The notes: generated from the letters alone by a model not told the origin. DNA of 64,000 nt from an uncultured delta proteobacterium (GCA_963823335.1 CAWGLD010000001.1:1536001-1600000), one strand, 5' to 3'; counted from the first letter of the stretch, positions 48,521 to 59,159 are shown. Numbers and translations: made by a program.

Positions 48521-51068
48521 TTTCGACCCTCCTTTTGATGTTTTTTTCTGCGGCGGTCGCGTATTTCAAAGATGGCCGGCATGAAGATGATGCTGCCGAA
48601 CAGACAGCCGGCAATACCGATGACCGCGACAATTCCCATGCTTTTCAGCCCGGGATAATGGGACAGGATGATGGAACCAAAGCCGGCGATGGTGGTCAGG
48701 GACGTCAGCACAACCGCCCTGCCGGTTTGATACCAGCCCCTCAACGGGCTGTGGAAATCCGGATGTTTGAAAGTGTTGGTAAAATGGACACCATCATCGA
48801 TACCGATACCGATAATCATCGGTAGTACCATGATATTCAGGAAATTGAAGTCCACCCGAAACAGGGTCATGAATCCCATCAACATGGACATTCCGATAAA
48901 AAGCGGCAGCATCGAGAAACAGAGATATCTAATGTCGCGATAGTAGACCCAGAGGATAACCACGATGCACAAGCTTGCCAGACCCAGGGATGTTTTGAGG
49001 TTCTGAAGGATCAGTCGTTTAAGATCGCCCGTGAGGATGTTGGCCCCGGTTAAATAAAAGGAGCCAGGGTCCACACCTGCTTGCGACAGGTGCTGGATGA
49101 GTCGATCTTTGAACTGCATTGTATCCTTATAGGACCAGAGATCCACCCTCGGATGGATGTAGATGATGGCGGTAAATTGATCGTTTTTCTGGAAAGCAAG
49201 GCGCTTTAGAATCGAACCCAGGTCAGATGCGCGCAGATGTGATGGGAGCAGCACAGTCTGGTTGGAAAAACCAGCCCCAAGCTGTTCGACATAGCGATCA
49301 TACAGACCGTTGGTTCTAAACCCGTATTTTTTCAAAGAACTCTCGAGATTTTGCCGTATTCGATCCAGATCGAAGGTTTCCGGATGTGACTGCATCCAGG
49401 CGATGTTATGTCTCTGCATGACCGGTGACAAGAGAAACCGGCTCGTGGAAGTGATCTTGGATATGTATCCCTGTTCTTGCATGGGTTGCAGAGACTGAAC
49501 CATGAATGCTTCGCGATCCATGACGTCTTCTTCGGAAGATCCGGTGATCGTCAACAGAACCGTGCCGGTGGAGTCACCGAGCCAGGTGGTGACCTGGTCC
49601 TGCAGCTGCAAAACGCCGCTGTCACGTGGTCTGAAGTTTTTCAGGTTGTCGTCGAAGCGCACCTGAAAACCGGCGATCAACAGTCCACCTGTGCAGAGAG
49701 TGGCCAGTATCAGTGTTCGTCCGGGATGGCGCTTTATGGAAGTAAATAAAGGGGTCAGAAAAAAACCAGCCAGGGTCGCCTTCTTTTGGAACCGCCCGGT
49801 GGACGAAGTCCAGACGAGGCAGGCCGGCAGGAATACCAGCATGGCCAGGAGACAGAACAGAATACCCGTTCCGGTTAAAATGCCGAGTTCCCTGAATCCT
49901 TTGAAATCAGAGAAACCCACCGCATAAAAAGCCATGGCAGTGGTGAGGCCGCCGATAAATATCCCCGTTCCGGCCTCTTTAAATGTGGCTTCCAGACGTG
50001 ACAGTTCGTCCAGATCTGCCACCTCAGGATCGAAAAATCGATTGACCACATGGATAGCAAAATCGATGCCCAGCCCGATCAGGACACAGGCGAACAGGCA
50101 GGTCAGAATATTGAGATGCTGAAACACTATTCCGGCAAACCCGATGGTCCAAAAAAGACTCATGACCAGAGGTACACTGACCAGAAGAAGAACACCGGGG
50201 GTTCGAAATGATATGAAAAACAGGAGCATGACACAGACAAAAGAGGTGATCAGGGTGACCTTGATATCCAGACGGGTAATGGCTTCATCTTTGACGGCAA
50301 TGGGGTAGCCGCCGGTGTGTCGAACCTGGATGGCTGTTTCCGATAAATTTCGAGATGTTTTGAAACGTCTGCCAACACCTGTTTTTCCATGGCAGCGACT
50401 TCCTGCATCAATTTCTTACTGAAAGCGATGTCCTGTGGGGGTTCTGTGGGAGTCAGAAACATGAAATAGGTGCGCTTGTTTTTTGTCCGGTACAGACCGG
50501 TTTCATCGAATCCGCCTTTCTGGTGAAAAGGAATTTGAAGGGCTGAAAAAAGCAGGTCTCCCACACCCAGGGGGTCCAGGGCAATCATACGTTTGCCTGC
50601 CTGGCCCAGCGGCGTCATGAGAAGCTGCCTGTTTTCACGAATTTTTTGCTCGATATTCTCGCTGGTCAGGTTTTCCGTGAGTGTTTGCATGTTTTCCGCT
50701 GTCAGGAGCAGGGGAATATGGGCCAGAAGGGTGTCGAACCAACCCAGGACCTGCTCAGGGTCGTGTTGATAATCCACCTTGGAAATCATGGGGAATTGGG
50801 CGTATTGTCCAGCCAGAGTGCCCAGGAATTCGGTGATAATAGACAGATCCAGTGTTTCATCCACCGTAATGACCGATATTAAAAGCGATTGAAATCCAAC
50901 CTCTTCGGTGATCTCAAAAAAGCGCTGAACTTCCGGACGGCCTGATGGAAGCAGGGAAAAGAGACTGAGGTTCAACTTGATCCGCAGGGCAGCCATGATC
51001 GATATCCCTGTGAGAACCAGTGCCAGGAGGATGATGGCCTTATGAAAACGGTGGATGAATTGAGACAT
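48517..51068 (-). pseudogene. MMPL/RND-family lipid exporter split by a frameshift near 50345
   Basis: ORFs 50250-51092 and 48517-50229 join in a shifted frame (..AIQVRHTGGYPIAVKD..); GLGIDFAIH and GIGIDDGVH motifs. Confidence 0.8.
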
Positions 51069-51380
51069 GTTTGCTGAACCCCGATGATCCATCTTTTTGA
51101 ACGATATCTGATTTATACACTGTATTTATGGGAAAGTAAAAAGAAAGGGTCTGAGGGTTGAAGGGTTGGAGGGGAAGCCCTTAAGCTTTTAGCTCTTTGT
51201 CAGAGAAGAGCCAAGGGCAAACAGCTGATACCGTATGGTATTATAGGAATGTGCAGTCTGTAATACACGAAACTGTATTTGAAAATAGCCTTTTCTTTGG
51301 TTGCCCTCCACACCTTCAACCCCATCTATCTTGTTCCCCCGGTTTTTATAGGTCTTCTAAAATGTGTTGGTCAAAACTTT

Positions 51381-51608
51381 TCAGCTCTTCAGAAGTATCT
51401 CCCTCAACCCAAAAAGGATGCCGCATCCAATGATGCTTCCCAGAATCAGAAGCAGATAGACCTTTGTTTTTGGAAGCTGAAGGAGTTTGGACAGGATAAA
51501 ACCGCTGAGAATTCCGCAACCTTTCAAAGGCAGGGTGGTAATGACGATCACACCGGGTGCTCCTAGCGCCTGAACCCATTGGAAAAGGCGGGTATTCAGT
51601 CGCGCTTT
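51381..51608 (-). pseudogene. 3' remnant of a small membrane protein, resembling the small multidrug export family
   Basis: Frame KARLNTRLFQWVQALGAPGVIVITTLPLKGCGILSGFILSKLLQL...REILLKS* has no recognisable 5' part. Confidence 0.45.
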
Positions 51609-52490
51609 CGCATGTCAATATCGAAACGGAAAAAGTGGATTATATCAATGCCCACGGCACGGCAACAAAGGTCAACGATCACATGGAGGCACAGGCCATC
51701 CAACGGCTGTTTGGAAAGAAAAACCTGGCGCGCATAACTGTCAGTTCCACCAAATCCATGGTAGGCCACTGCCTGGCGGCCCGGTCCGGTGTCAAGCCGA
51801 TCACCACATTCGATACAGAGCCCTATAGCGCCAACGTGGCGGCATGTGTCGGTGATTTCAAGCCGGCCAAATTCATGTCACTCATGACCTACCGTCGGAT
51901 GAGCCGTATTTCGAGAATGGCTGTTGCTGCCAGCATCGAGGCTGTCGAAGACAGCGGACTCTGCCTGGAGGGGATGAACAGGGAGCGGGTGGCCGTGGTC
52001 ATGGGGACCGCCTATGGCAGCAGTTCCCATGTGGACGGATTCTATCGCAGGCGGTGTTGCCGTCATGGGCCACTATGCAACACAAGGGCAACCCATAGCC
52101 AGGACTATCGTTCGTTGCATGGAAAAAGCTGGCATTCAACCGGTCAACATCCAACAGGTGAGTGTGTCGGCTAACTGCGCCAAAGAATTGGACATCCTGG
52201 AGCTGGAGCAGATCGTCAGCTGTCTTAAATTTCCCGACAGGGATTTGTGGGTATCGCCCTTGAAATACCTGATAGGCGATTTCGGCGCTGCAGGAACCAC
52301 GCGTGCTGCTGCTGTTCTGCTCAGCCTGTATCACCAGATTTTTTTGCCGGCGATTCCTGTTTCAGTGTTGAAAAGGACAGAGAAAACGCCCATTGAATGG
52401 GGACCTTGTCAACTTGAAATCATTGACAATGCGTTGATGACCAGCACCACGTTTGGAGGGGGGACAGTCAGTATTATCTTTTCCAGATAG
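51602..52490 (+). pseudogene. Mosaic of beta-ketoacyl-ACP synthase fragments (FabF C-terminal piece plus pieces of a second KAS/CLF-like gene)
   Basis: VDYINAHGTAT..ND..E..AI, SSTKSMVGHCL | SGVKPITTFD, RRMSR..MAV.A..EA..D, GTAYG | different frame: LK..IGDFGAAG, TTFGGG. Confidence 0.8.
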
Positions 52491-52507
52491 ACCGCCAGCG
52501 ATGTTGT

Positions 52508-52672
52508 TTACTGCTTCGAGTTCCTTAAAAATGCATCCAGCGCTACGATCATAATGGTGTTTAGGTCGGTGGCTGTTTTCTCTCCATATTTACGAACCCG
52601 GTCTACAAGTTCACAGGGGATGGTAACTGCCAAGTCCTCACATTCATTTTCTGTAGATTTCTTCATCATCAT
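52508..52672 (-). CDS. Small ribbon-helix-helix-like protein (54 aa)
   Basis: Manual translation MMMKKSTENECEDLAVTIPCELVDRVRKYGEKTATDLNTIMIVALDAFLRNSKQ*; AGGA RBS; shorter than any ORF in the supplied track. Confidence 0.6.
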   Translation of the reverse strand: MMMKKSTENECEDLAVTIPCELVDRVRKYGEKTATDLNTIMIVALDAFLRNSKQ

Positions 52673-52710
52673 GTCAATTCCTGACCAGTTGGTATCGTTT
52701 TGTTCGGATT

Positions 52711-53760
52711 TCAGTACCCCGTGGATACCTTTTTCCCGAAGCGTTTGTTTACCAGCGTTTCAATGTCGGCCTGTCGATGGCAGGCTACCTTATGATCATC
52801 TCCGATATCTTCCAGGGCCGGGTCCTGGTTTCGGCACAGATCCATAACAAACGGGCAACGGGTGTGAAAACGGCACCCTGCCGGTGGATTCAAGGGGCTG
52901 GGCACATCACCGGATAGAACAATTCGTTCTTGCTTGTGTTCGACATCGGGAACGGGAATGCCCGAGAGCAGCGCATGGGTGTAAGGGTGGCGTGGATAAC
53001 TGAAAATGTGACCGGTTTTAGCAATTTCCACAATTTTCCCGAGGTACATGACTGCCAGCCGATGGCTGATGTATTTTACCACCAGAAGATGGTGGGTTAC
53101 AAACAGATAGGTTAAGTTTAGTTTCAGCTGCAAGCCATGCAGGAGGTTGAGTATCTGGGCCTGGACCGACACGTCCAGGGCGGAGGTCGGCTCATCGAGA
53201 ACCAGAAAATCCGGATTTGTGGCGATGGCACGTGCTACGGCGATACGCTGTCTTTGTCCTCCTGAGAATTCATGGGGGTAACGGAGGTAATGATCTTTTG
53301 TAAGACCGACCAGGTTCAAGAGTTCCATCACGCGATTTTCCAGATCACGACCTCTGAAAAGGTGCTGTGCTTTCAATGGCTCGGCAACAATGTTTTTTAC
53401 CAGCATGCGGGGATTCAATGACGTGGTGGGGTCCTGAAACACCATTTGCAGTTTGCTGCGTATCCCCAGCTGCTTCAATGATTTTAACGAAATCTTGGCA
53501 ATGTCGATCCCGGATGTGGTGTCCTCCTCTGACGGATAATAAACGATTTTACCGTGCGTGGGTTTGTGCAGCCGGACAATGGCTTTGCCGGTGGTGGTTT
53601 TGCCGCAACCCGATTCACCCACAAGACCCAGGCATTCACCCCTGTATATATCCAGGTCAACACCGTCCAGAGCTTTGACGGCATCCACCTGTCTTCGAAA
53701 TACACCACCGAATACAGGATAATGTTTTTTCAGATTTTTCAGTTCAATAATTTTTTTCAT
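52711..53760 (-). CDS. Oligopeptide/dipeptide ABC ATPase (OppF/DppF-like)
   Basis: GESGCGKTT, YPHEFSGGQRQR, DEPTSALDVSVQAQ, PSP.NPP.GC.FH.RCP; alternative TTG start at 53784. Confidence 0.94.
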   Translation of the reverse strand: MKKIIELKNLKKHYPVFGGVFRRQVDAVKALDGVDLDIYRGECLGLVGESGCGKTTTGKAIVRLHKPTHGKIVYYPSEEDTTSGIDIAKISLKSLKQLGIRSKLQMVFQDPTTSLNPRMLVKNIVAEPLKAQHLFRGRDLENRVMELLNLVGLTKDHYLRYPHEFSGGQRQRIAVARAIATNPDFLVLDEPTSALDVSVQAQILNLLHGLQLKLNLTYLFVTHHLLVVKYISHRLAVMYLGKIVEIAKTGHIFSYPRHPYTHALLSGIPVPDVEHKQERIVLSGDVPSPLNPPAGCRFHTRCPFVMDLCRNQDPALEDIGDDHKVACHRQADIETLVNKRFGKKVSTGY

Positions 53761-53780
53761 ATTCTCAAAAAATAAAACAC

Positions 53781-54950
53781 TCAAGAGTTGTTGCGGGGTT
53801 TTTCTGTATATAAAAAACAGGCAACCTGGTGATTGTTTCCGACCTCTGTGGATTCCGGAAATGCTTCTTTACAAATCGCTTTGGCATCCCTGCAACGCGG
53901 GTGAAACCGACATCCGGACGGTGGATTGACAAGATTCGGAACATTTCCTTCGATGCTTTGAAGTTGCCCTTCATGGGAAAATCGGGGAACGGCATTGAGC
54001 AGTGCGCGTGTATAAGGATGCCGGGGTTTGTTGAACAAGTCCTTTACATCGGCCACTTCACACAGGTTGCCGGCATACATTACACCAACACGGTCACAGG
54101 TTTCAGCGACAATCCCCAAATCATGCGTGATCAGGAGCACCGATGAGATGACCTTCTGTTTGAGATCTTTTAAAAGATCCAGAATCTGAGCCTGAATCGT
54201 GACATCCAGGTTGGAAGTGGCTTCATCGGCAATGAGCAACAAGGGATTGCAGGCCAGTGCTATGGCGATAACGATACGCTGCTTCATACCACCGGAAAGA
54301 TTGTGCGGGTAGCGTCGGGCGATTTCCTGGGCATGAGGAATACTGAGCTTGGCAATCATTTCAACAGCGCGTCTCATGGCCTCTTTTTTTAAACGGTTTT
54401 CCCATAACTTGAGCAGGGGTGTTTTGCTGAAGAGCCTCAGTATCAGCGCTTCCGGGCGGATCGCAGCGAGCCGGTAAAGCGCTATCAGAAGAATTCTGAA
54501 TGGATTGGTCTTTGGGATGCCATGCTCCATATCCATCAATATCTGTTGGCACATCTCTGCTCTGCGATGGAAAAGAAAACTCTCTGCAACCTGTTCACCG
54601 ATACTCATGATGGGGTTCAAGGCCGCATTGGGTTCCTGAAAAATCATGGAGATTGTGTCCCCCCGTAAGCCCTTCATGGCGGTTTCGGACAGTTGCAGCA
54701 GATCGATAGGCGTCTGGCTTCCATTGTTTTCCGGATAGAACAGAACCTGACCACCGTCGATTTTTCCCGGTTCCTGGATTATGCGCATAATGGAACGAAC
54801 TGTGACACTTTTTCCACAGCCGGATTCACCTACCAGACCAAAGGTGCAACCATGATCCACAGACAGACTGACTTTGTCCAGGGCCTTTACCACACCCTCA
54901 TGGGTATAAAAATTGGTTACCAGGTCAATGGTTTCGATGAGTTTGGACAT
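53781..54950 (-). CDS. Oligopeptide/dipeptide ABC ATPase (OppD/DppD-like) with an internal insertion
   Basis: GESGCGKS, MIFQEP, YPHNLSGGMKQR, HPYT, GCRFHPRC. Confidence 0.94.
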   Translation of the reverse strand: MSKLIETIDLVTNFYTHEGVVKALDKVSLSVDHGCTFGLVGESGCGKSVTVRSIMRIIQEPGKIDGGQVLFYPENNGSQTPIDLLQLSETAMKGLRGDTISMIFQEPNAALNPIMSIGEQVAESFLFHRRAEMCQQILMDMEHGIPKTNPFRILLIALYRLAAIRPEALILRLFSKTPLLKLWENRLKKEAMRRAVEMIAKLSIPHAQEIARRYPHNLSGGMKQRIVIAIALACNPLLLIADEATSNLDVTIQAQILDLLKDLKQKVISSVLLITHDLGIVAETCDRVGVMYAGNLCEVADVKDLFNKPRHPYTRALLNAVPRFSHEGQLQSIEGNVPNLVNPPSGCRFHPRCRDAKAICKEAFPESTEVGNNHQVACFLYTEKPRNNS

Positions 54951-55005
54951 CAGGCTTTAGTACCTTAATGGCTGCTTCTGTGCGTTCTATTAAAAAACAA
55001 AATCA

Positions 55006-55069
55006 ATCACGAAAGCACGAAATCTGGAAAACACGAAAGCTTTGAAGATCCTTTTCGTGTTTTCGTGAT
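55006..55069. repeat. REP-like inverted repeat (CACGAAA units) between the oppC-like and oppD-like genes
   Basis: atcacgaaagcacgaaa...acacgaaa ... tttcgtgttttcgtgat. Confidence 0.6.
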
Positions 55070-55117
55070 AAAAATCATTTTCTTTTCCACGGCTGCTTAC
55101 GGCTTACAGCCAATTGT

Positions 55118-56026
55118 CTATCGTCTTCTCTGCTTGGGATCGAACGCGTCTCGCAGCGCGTCGCCGATCAGGTTCCAGGCCAGAACAAAGAGCACAATAC
55201 ACGCCCCGGGTATGGCAATGGCATGCCAGTACTTAAGGGGATCATCTACCGGCCCGACGATATAATTACGGGCCAAAGCGACCATCTGGCCCCAATCAGC
55301 GTAACCTTTGGGAGCGCCCAGGCCTATGAAGCTCATGAACGCAGCAACAATCACCATGGACCCGATATCCATGGAGGCCATGACCAGCACGGGATATATC
55401 CCGTTGGGCAGGATATGTTTTCTCATGATGGTAAAATTGGAGACACCCATGACACGGGCTGCCTGGACATAATCCAGTTCCCGCAATGTCAAAATACTGG
55501 ATCGCATGACGCGCACATAATCTCTCCATTTTACAATTGCCAGGGCAATCATGACCTTGTCCAGACCCCGGCCGAAGGCAACAACGATGGCCATGGTGAG
55601 CACCAGCAGCGGCACAGCGAAAATGATATCCACCACACGCATGATGATTTCGTCGATGATTCCGCCATAGTATCCCGATATAATTCCCAGCGAAACACCG
55701 ATGATCAACGCAAAACCGATCACAAACATGCCGATCTTGAATGCCGTTCGTGTTCCCCACACCGCACCGTAAAAAATATCGTATTGGCCGGAGGTCGTGC
55801 CGAAAATATTGATTGAACTGGGCGGTTTCGGTGTTTGGGAATAGCCTTTATGGGGCATCATGTAGGGATTGTAGGCGTATTTTGGCGGTGCGATATAGGG
55901 TGCCAGTACTGCTACCGTCACAAAAATGAAGAGCAGCGAGAAACCGATGATAGCCGACGGATTTTTAAAAATCCTGTGCAGGGTATATTTCAGTTCTCTG
56001 ATTCGGGGATGCTGTTCTTTGTTCAT
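55118..56026 (-). CDS. Oligopeptide ABC permease (OppC/DppC-like)
   Basis: FGT...YDIF, EAA-like loop YVQAARVMG....I..KHILPN, WGQM, GDALRDAFDP. Confidence 0.94.
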   Translation of the reverse strand: MNKEQHPRIRELKYTLHRIFKNPSAIIGFSLLFIFVTVAVLAPYIAPPKYAYNPYMMPHKGYSQTPKPPSSINIFGTTSGQYDIFYGAVWGTRTAFKIGMFVIGFALIIGVSLGIISGYYGGIIDEIIMRVVDIIFAVPLLVLTMAIVVAFGRGLDKVMIALAIVKWRDYVRVMRSSILTLRELDYVQAARVMGVSNFTIMRKHILPNGIYPVLVMASMDIGSMVIVAAFMSFIGLGAPKGYADWGQMVALARNYIVGPVDDPLKYWHAIAIPGACIVLFVLAWNLIGDALRDAFDPKQRRR

Positions 56027-56036
56027 ACCATCCTCA

Positions 56037-57068
56037 TCAGTTGAGTCTTATCCTGGGATCAATATAGGCGTAGAGGATATCCAGAACGAGATTAATGGTC
56101 ACATACACCAATCCAAAAAACAGGCAGATACCCATTAATACGGGGAGATCCAATGAGATGGCGGCGTTTGCCAGCCACCATCCGATACCCTGGCGGTTGA
56201 AGATGTACTCTACGGCGATGCTGCCCTCCATGGAGTATGCCGCCAGCCAGCCGGCAACCGTTACCACCGGAATCAATGCATTTTTACGTGCATGTTTGAA
56301 ATAAATGGTATGGTAGTCCGCGCCTTTGGCCAGGGCGGTGATGATATAGTCCTTGGAGATTTCTTCAATCATGCTGGAACGCATGACCCGCAACAAAATG
56401 GCCACAATGACCACAACCTGGGTAAAGACCGGCATCACAAGCCGCGAAATTGCATCGCGTGCAATATCCAGTCTGCCGTTCAAAAGACCATCGAGTGTGT
56501 ATAGATAGGTATAGCGTTTGAACTGATCTGGATTTTCACGAATCCAGACGTTGAACCCGTCGTCGATGATACCCGGAGGGAAGATGTTGAAATACCCGTA
56601 AAAAAACATCAGGATAATCAAAGCGAATAAAAAGGTAGGCAGAGACCAGCCGACAATGGCGAATATACGTGTGGAATGGTCTACCCAGGTATCCCGGTGG
56701 ATTCCGGACACCGTTCCCAGCCAGATGCCGAAAATGATGATAATCGGTATGGTGTACAGGTTGAGTTCCAGGGTGATGGGAAAGTAATACCAGAACGCAT
56801 CCCAGACCGGCATGGCCGCCACAAAGGAATAGCCCCAGTTGCCCGAAGAAACCTGCCGTATCCATCGAACATATTGAATGTGAAAGGGATCGTCAAGCCC
56901 CAGCTGCTTGACGATGATGGGCAGGTCCTTTACCTGCTGGGGGGATTTGACATAGGCCATAGCCCTGCGCTCCGGGCTGAAGGTCATGAGAATAGAAAAA
57001 ATCAGGACCGAAACGCCGAAAAGGACAAAGGCCAGAAACAGGAATCTTCGAATAATATAAGTTGTCAA
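56037..57068 (-). CDS. Oligopeptide ABC permease (OppB/DppB-like)
   Basis: YIIRR, LGLDDP..QY, DYI.TA.AKG, KHARKNALIP, D.LYAYIDPRIR; TTG start. Confidence 0.94.
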   Translation of the reverse strand: MTTYIIRRFLFLAFVLFGVSVLIFSILMTFSPERRAMAYVKSPQQVKDLPIIVKQLGLDDPFHIQYVRWIRQVSSGNWGYSFVAAMPVWDAFWYYFPITLELNLYTIPIIIIFGIWLGTVSGIHRDTWVDHSTRIFAIVGWSLPTFLFALIILMFFYGYFNIFPPGIIDDGFNVWIRENPDQFKRYTYLYTLDGLLNGRLDIARDAISRLVMPVFTQVVVIVAILLRVMRSSMIEEISKDYIITALAKGADYHTIYFKHARKNALIPVVTVAGWLAAYSMEGSIAVEYIFNRQGIGWWLANAAISLDLPVLMGICLFFGLVYVTINLVLDILYAYIDPRIRLN

Positions 57069-57089
57069 GGAAGTCCCGTCATATGAACG

Positions 57090-57131
57090 TTTGATTTCTG
57101 CCTGTCGTCTAGGCGACAGGCAGAAATCAAA
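57090..57131. terminator. Perfect 18-bp stem-loop between the oppA-like and oppB-like genes
   Basis: TTTGATTTCTGCCTGTCG-tctagg-CGACAGGCAGAAATCAAA. Confidence 0.7.
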
Positions 57132-57194
57132 TTGGATTAAAAGTTTTTCACCAAGAAGCGATACCGTCGCGATGTATAAATTTGTGAAACAAAT

Positions 57195-58934
57195 TTATTT
57201 GGTAATGTTCCAGAAAAATTCAACGGTCTGCGAGAACATGGGATTGCGGTCGTATCCTTTTACATAGTCACGATAGACAAACAGCTCCAGGGGTTGGAAC
57301 AGGGCGATGCCCAGGGCATCCTCGTACCAGATGTTTTGCAGTTTGTCATAGGCTGCTGCACGCTTGTCCGGCTCGACGTTTTCGATTCCGGCTTTAAGGA
57401 GTTTGTCCACGTCCGGGTTGTTATAGCCCATGTATTTGCCGTATGTCCCGTTGGAGCTCATGTAGGGATACATGAAGTTGTGGGGGTCTGGATAGTCGGC
57501 GCCCCATCCGATGATGAAAATGGGATAACGGAATTGACGGATGGCCGGCATATAATCCTTCCAATCCACATTACGAACCTCGATCTGGAATTTGGGATTC
57601 AAGGATTCGATATTTTCTTTCAACATCAGGGCTGCGGCTTCCCGTTCTTCCCGGCCGGTATTGTGGGTGATGATCATCTTGAAACCCTTTTCCCAGACAG
57701 CGCCTCCCCAGGCTTTTTTCATGTATTCTTCAGATTTTTTCAGATCGAATGCGTACATGGGCATATCTTTTTTATATGCCAGCCCGCTGATCAGGGGTGT
57801 TCCCGGGAGTGAGCCCAGACCATTGAGCACTTCTTTGAGAAAGGTATCCCCGTCGTAGGCGTGCATGAAAGCCTTGCGTACGTTGATGTCACTGAAGAAA
57901 TCGGGTGGAATGCCTTCGCCGTCCAGTTTTCCGCTTCCGATACTGGGGTTGCCCGTGGGATCTATTTTCTGGCAAAACAGCGCGCCGGTAACCGCCAGCT
58001 GGGGCAGTTTTGTAATCTTGACCCCTTGCATGCCTTCGACTTCATGCAGAAAGGTTTTGCCCACGTGGATACGGTCGGCATCGCCGGCCTTGAGCATCAG
58101 CATACGGGTGGCGTGCTCGGGGACATATTTGACGATGGCGGTCTTGATGGTCGCTTTGGGGCCCCAGTATCCGTCGAATCTTTCAAATACAAACTGTTTG
58201 GACGTTTCCCAGAGTCTCAGCTTGTAAGGTCCGGTACCGTTCGCTATGGCTCGCAGGGGCTCTTTGCCTTCGGCCGGCTTGTTGTATTTGGCAGCGTTGG
58301 CGATGTTGCCGTCCCAGCATCCATTGGCAATGGCCCATTCCTTGTCAATTACCGCGGCTGAGGAATAGCAGAGGATGCCCAGCAGGGGAGGGTACGCTTT
58401 GGGCAGGTGAAGAATCACCTTGTCTCCCTTGGCTTCCACGGCCTTGTCGATTTTTTCGAAAATGCCGGGCACTACCTGGTCGTCTTTTCGGGTGGTATCG
58501 TCACCGGTCAGGGCTTCCAGCATCATCCACATGGGGCCACCTGCAGGATCGCTGATCATGGCCCTTTTAAAGGAATACACCACATCCTCGGGTGTCAGGT
58601 CGCCGCCTTCATGAAACTTCACACCCTTGCGAATGGTGAACGTGTAGGTTTTACCGTCAGCGGAAATACCCCCGTTTTCCACACTGGGAACTTCGGTGGC
58701 CAGGATCGGGGAAAACTGGTCCGTATAGGGATCTTTGAAGAAAATCAGATTCTGGTAAATGACGTAAAGTTTGGCTGCGCCGGCATTGTCATAGACCTTG
58801 GCCGGATCCAGTGTCTCAACGGAGCCGATATCCGCCAGGACAAATGTGTCTGGATTTTTCACCTGTGCGTAAGTAGCCGTGACCCCCATGACAAAAACAA
58901 GACTAAGAACCAGGATGAATAATAATCTTTTCAT
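57195..58934 (-). CDS. Family 5 ABC substrate-binding protein (OppA/DppA-like)
   Basis: Signal peptide (..TYA-QV); TLDPA, YTFTIRKGVKFH.G...T.EDV.YS, GTGPY, GWGADYPDP. Confidence 0.94.
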   Translation of the reverse strand: MKRLLFILVLSLVFVMGVTATYAQVKNPDTFVLADIGSVETLDPAKVYDNAGAAKLYVIYQNLIFFKDPYTDQFSPILATEVPSVENGGISADGKTYTFTIRKGVKFHEGGDLTPEDVVYSFKRAMISDPAGGPMWMMLEALTGDDTTRKDDQVVPGIFEKIDKAVEAKGDKVILHLPKAYPPLLGILCYSSAAVIDKEWAIANGCWDGNIANAAKYNKPAEGKEPLRAIANGTGPYKLRLWETSKQFVFERFDGYWGPKATIKTAIVKYVPEHATRMLMLKAGDADRIHVGKTFLHEVEGMQGVKITKLPQLAVTGALFCQKIDPTGNPSIGSGKLDGEGIPPDFFSDINVRKAFMHAYDGDTFLKEVLNGLGSLPGTPLISGLAYKKDMPMYAFDLKKSEEYMKKAWGGAVWEKGFKMIITHNTGREEREAAALMLKENIESLNPKFQIEVRNVDWKDYMPAIRQFRYPIFIIGWGADYPDPHNFMYPYMSSNGTYGKYMGYNNPDVDKLLKAGIENVEPDKRAAAYDKLQNIWYEDALGIALFQPLELFVYRDYVKGYDRNPMFSQTVEFFWNITK

Positions 58935-59097
58935 AATATCTCCTTTTCTCTTTATGATTCAGGATCATGTGGCCCAGCGAGTCAAGGCCGGCTTTTATTT
59001 CGAATCCCTGTCAGCGAACCATCAGGGAGGGTTTTATATGGAGATGCTTGTTCTACCGATCAGTCAAGGCGGGTTGCAGCCCGGTCTCGCCGTGAGT

Positions 59098-59159
59098 TTG
59101 AACCACAATGCGAGCGAATTAAAACGAGACAGTATTTCTTGGTGTCGAAGGTTTTCCGC
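59098..59159 (+). repeat. Internally deleted, degenerate copy of the TTGAA element
   Basis: ttgaaccacaat-gcgagcgaatt..agacagtatttctt..gtcgaag aligns with 3835-3956 minus the first hairpin, which lies between two GCGAGCG repeats. Confidence 0.55.

Noticed and set aside
50343-50352. Programmed -1 frameshift at AAATTTA in the MMPL gene
   Set aside because: The heptamer is not in X XXY YYZ phase with the upstream frame; a mutation or sequencing error is more likely.
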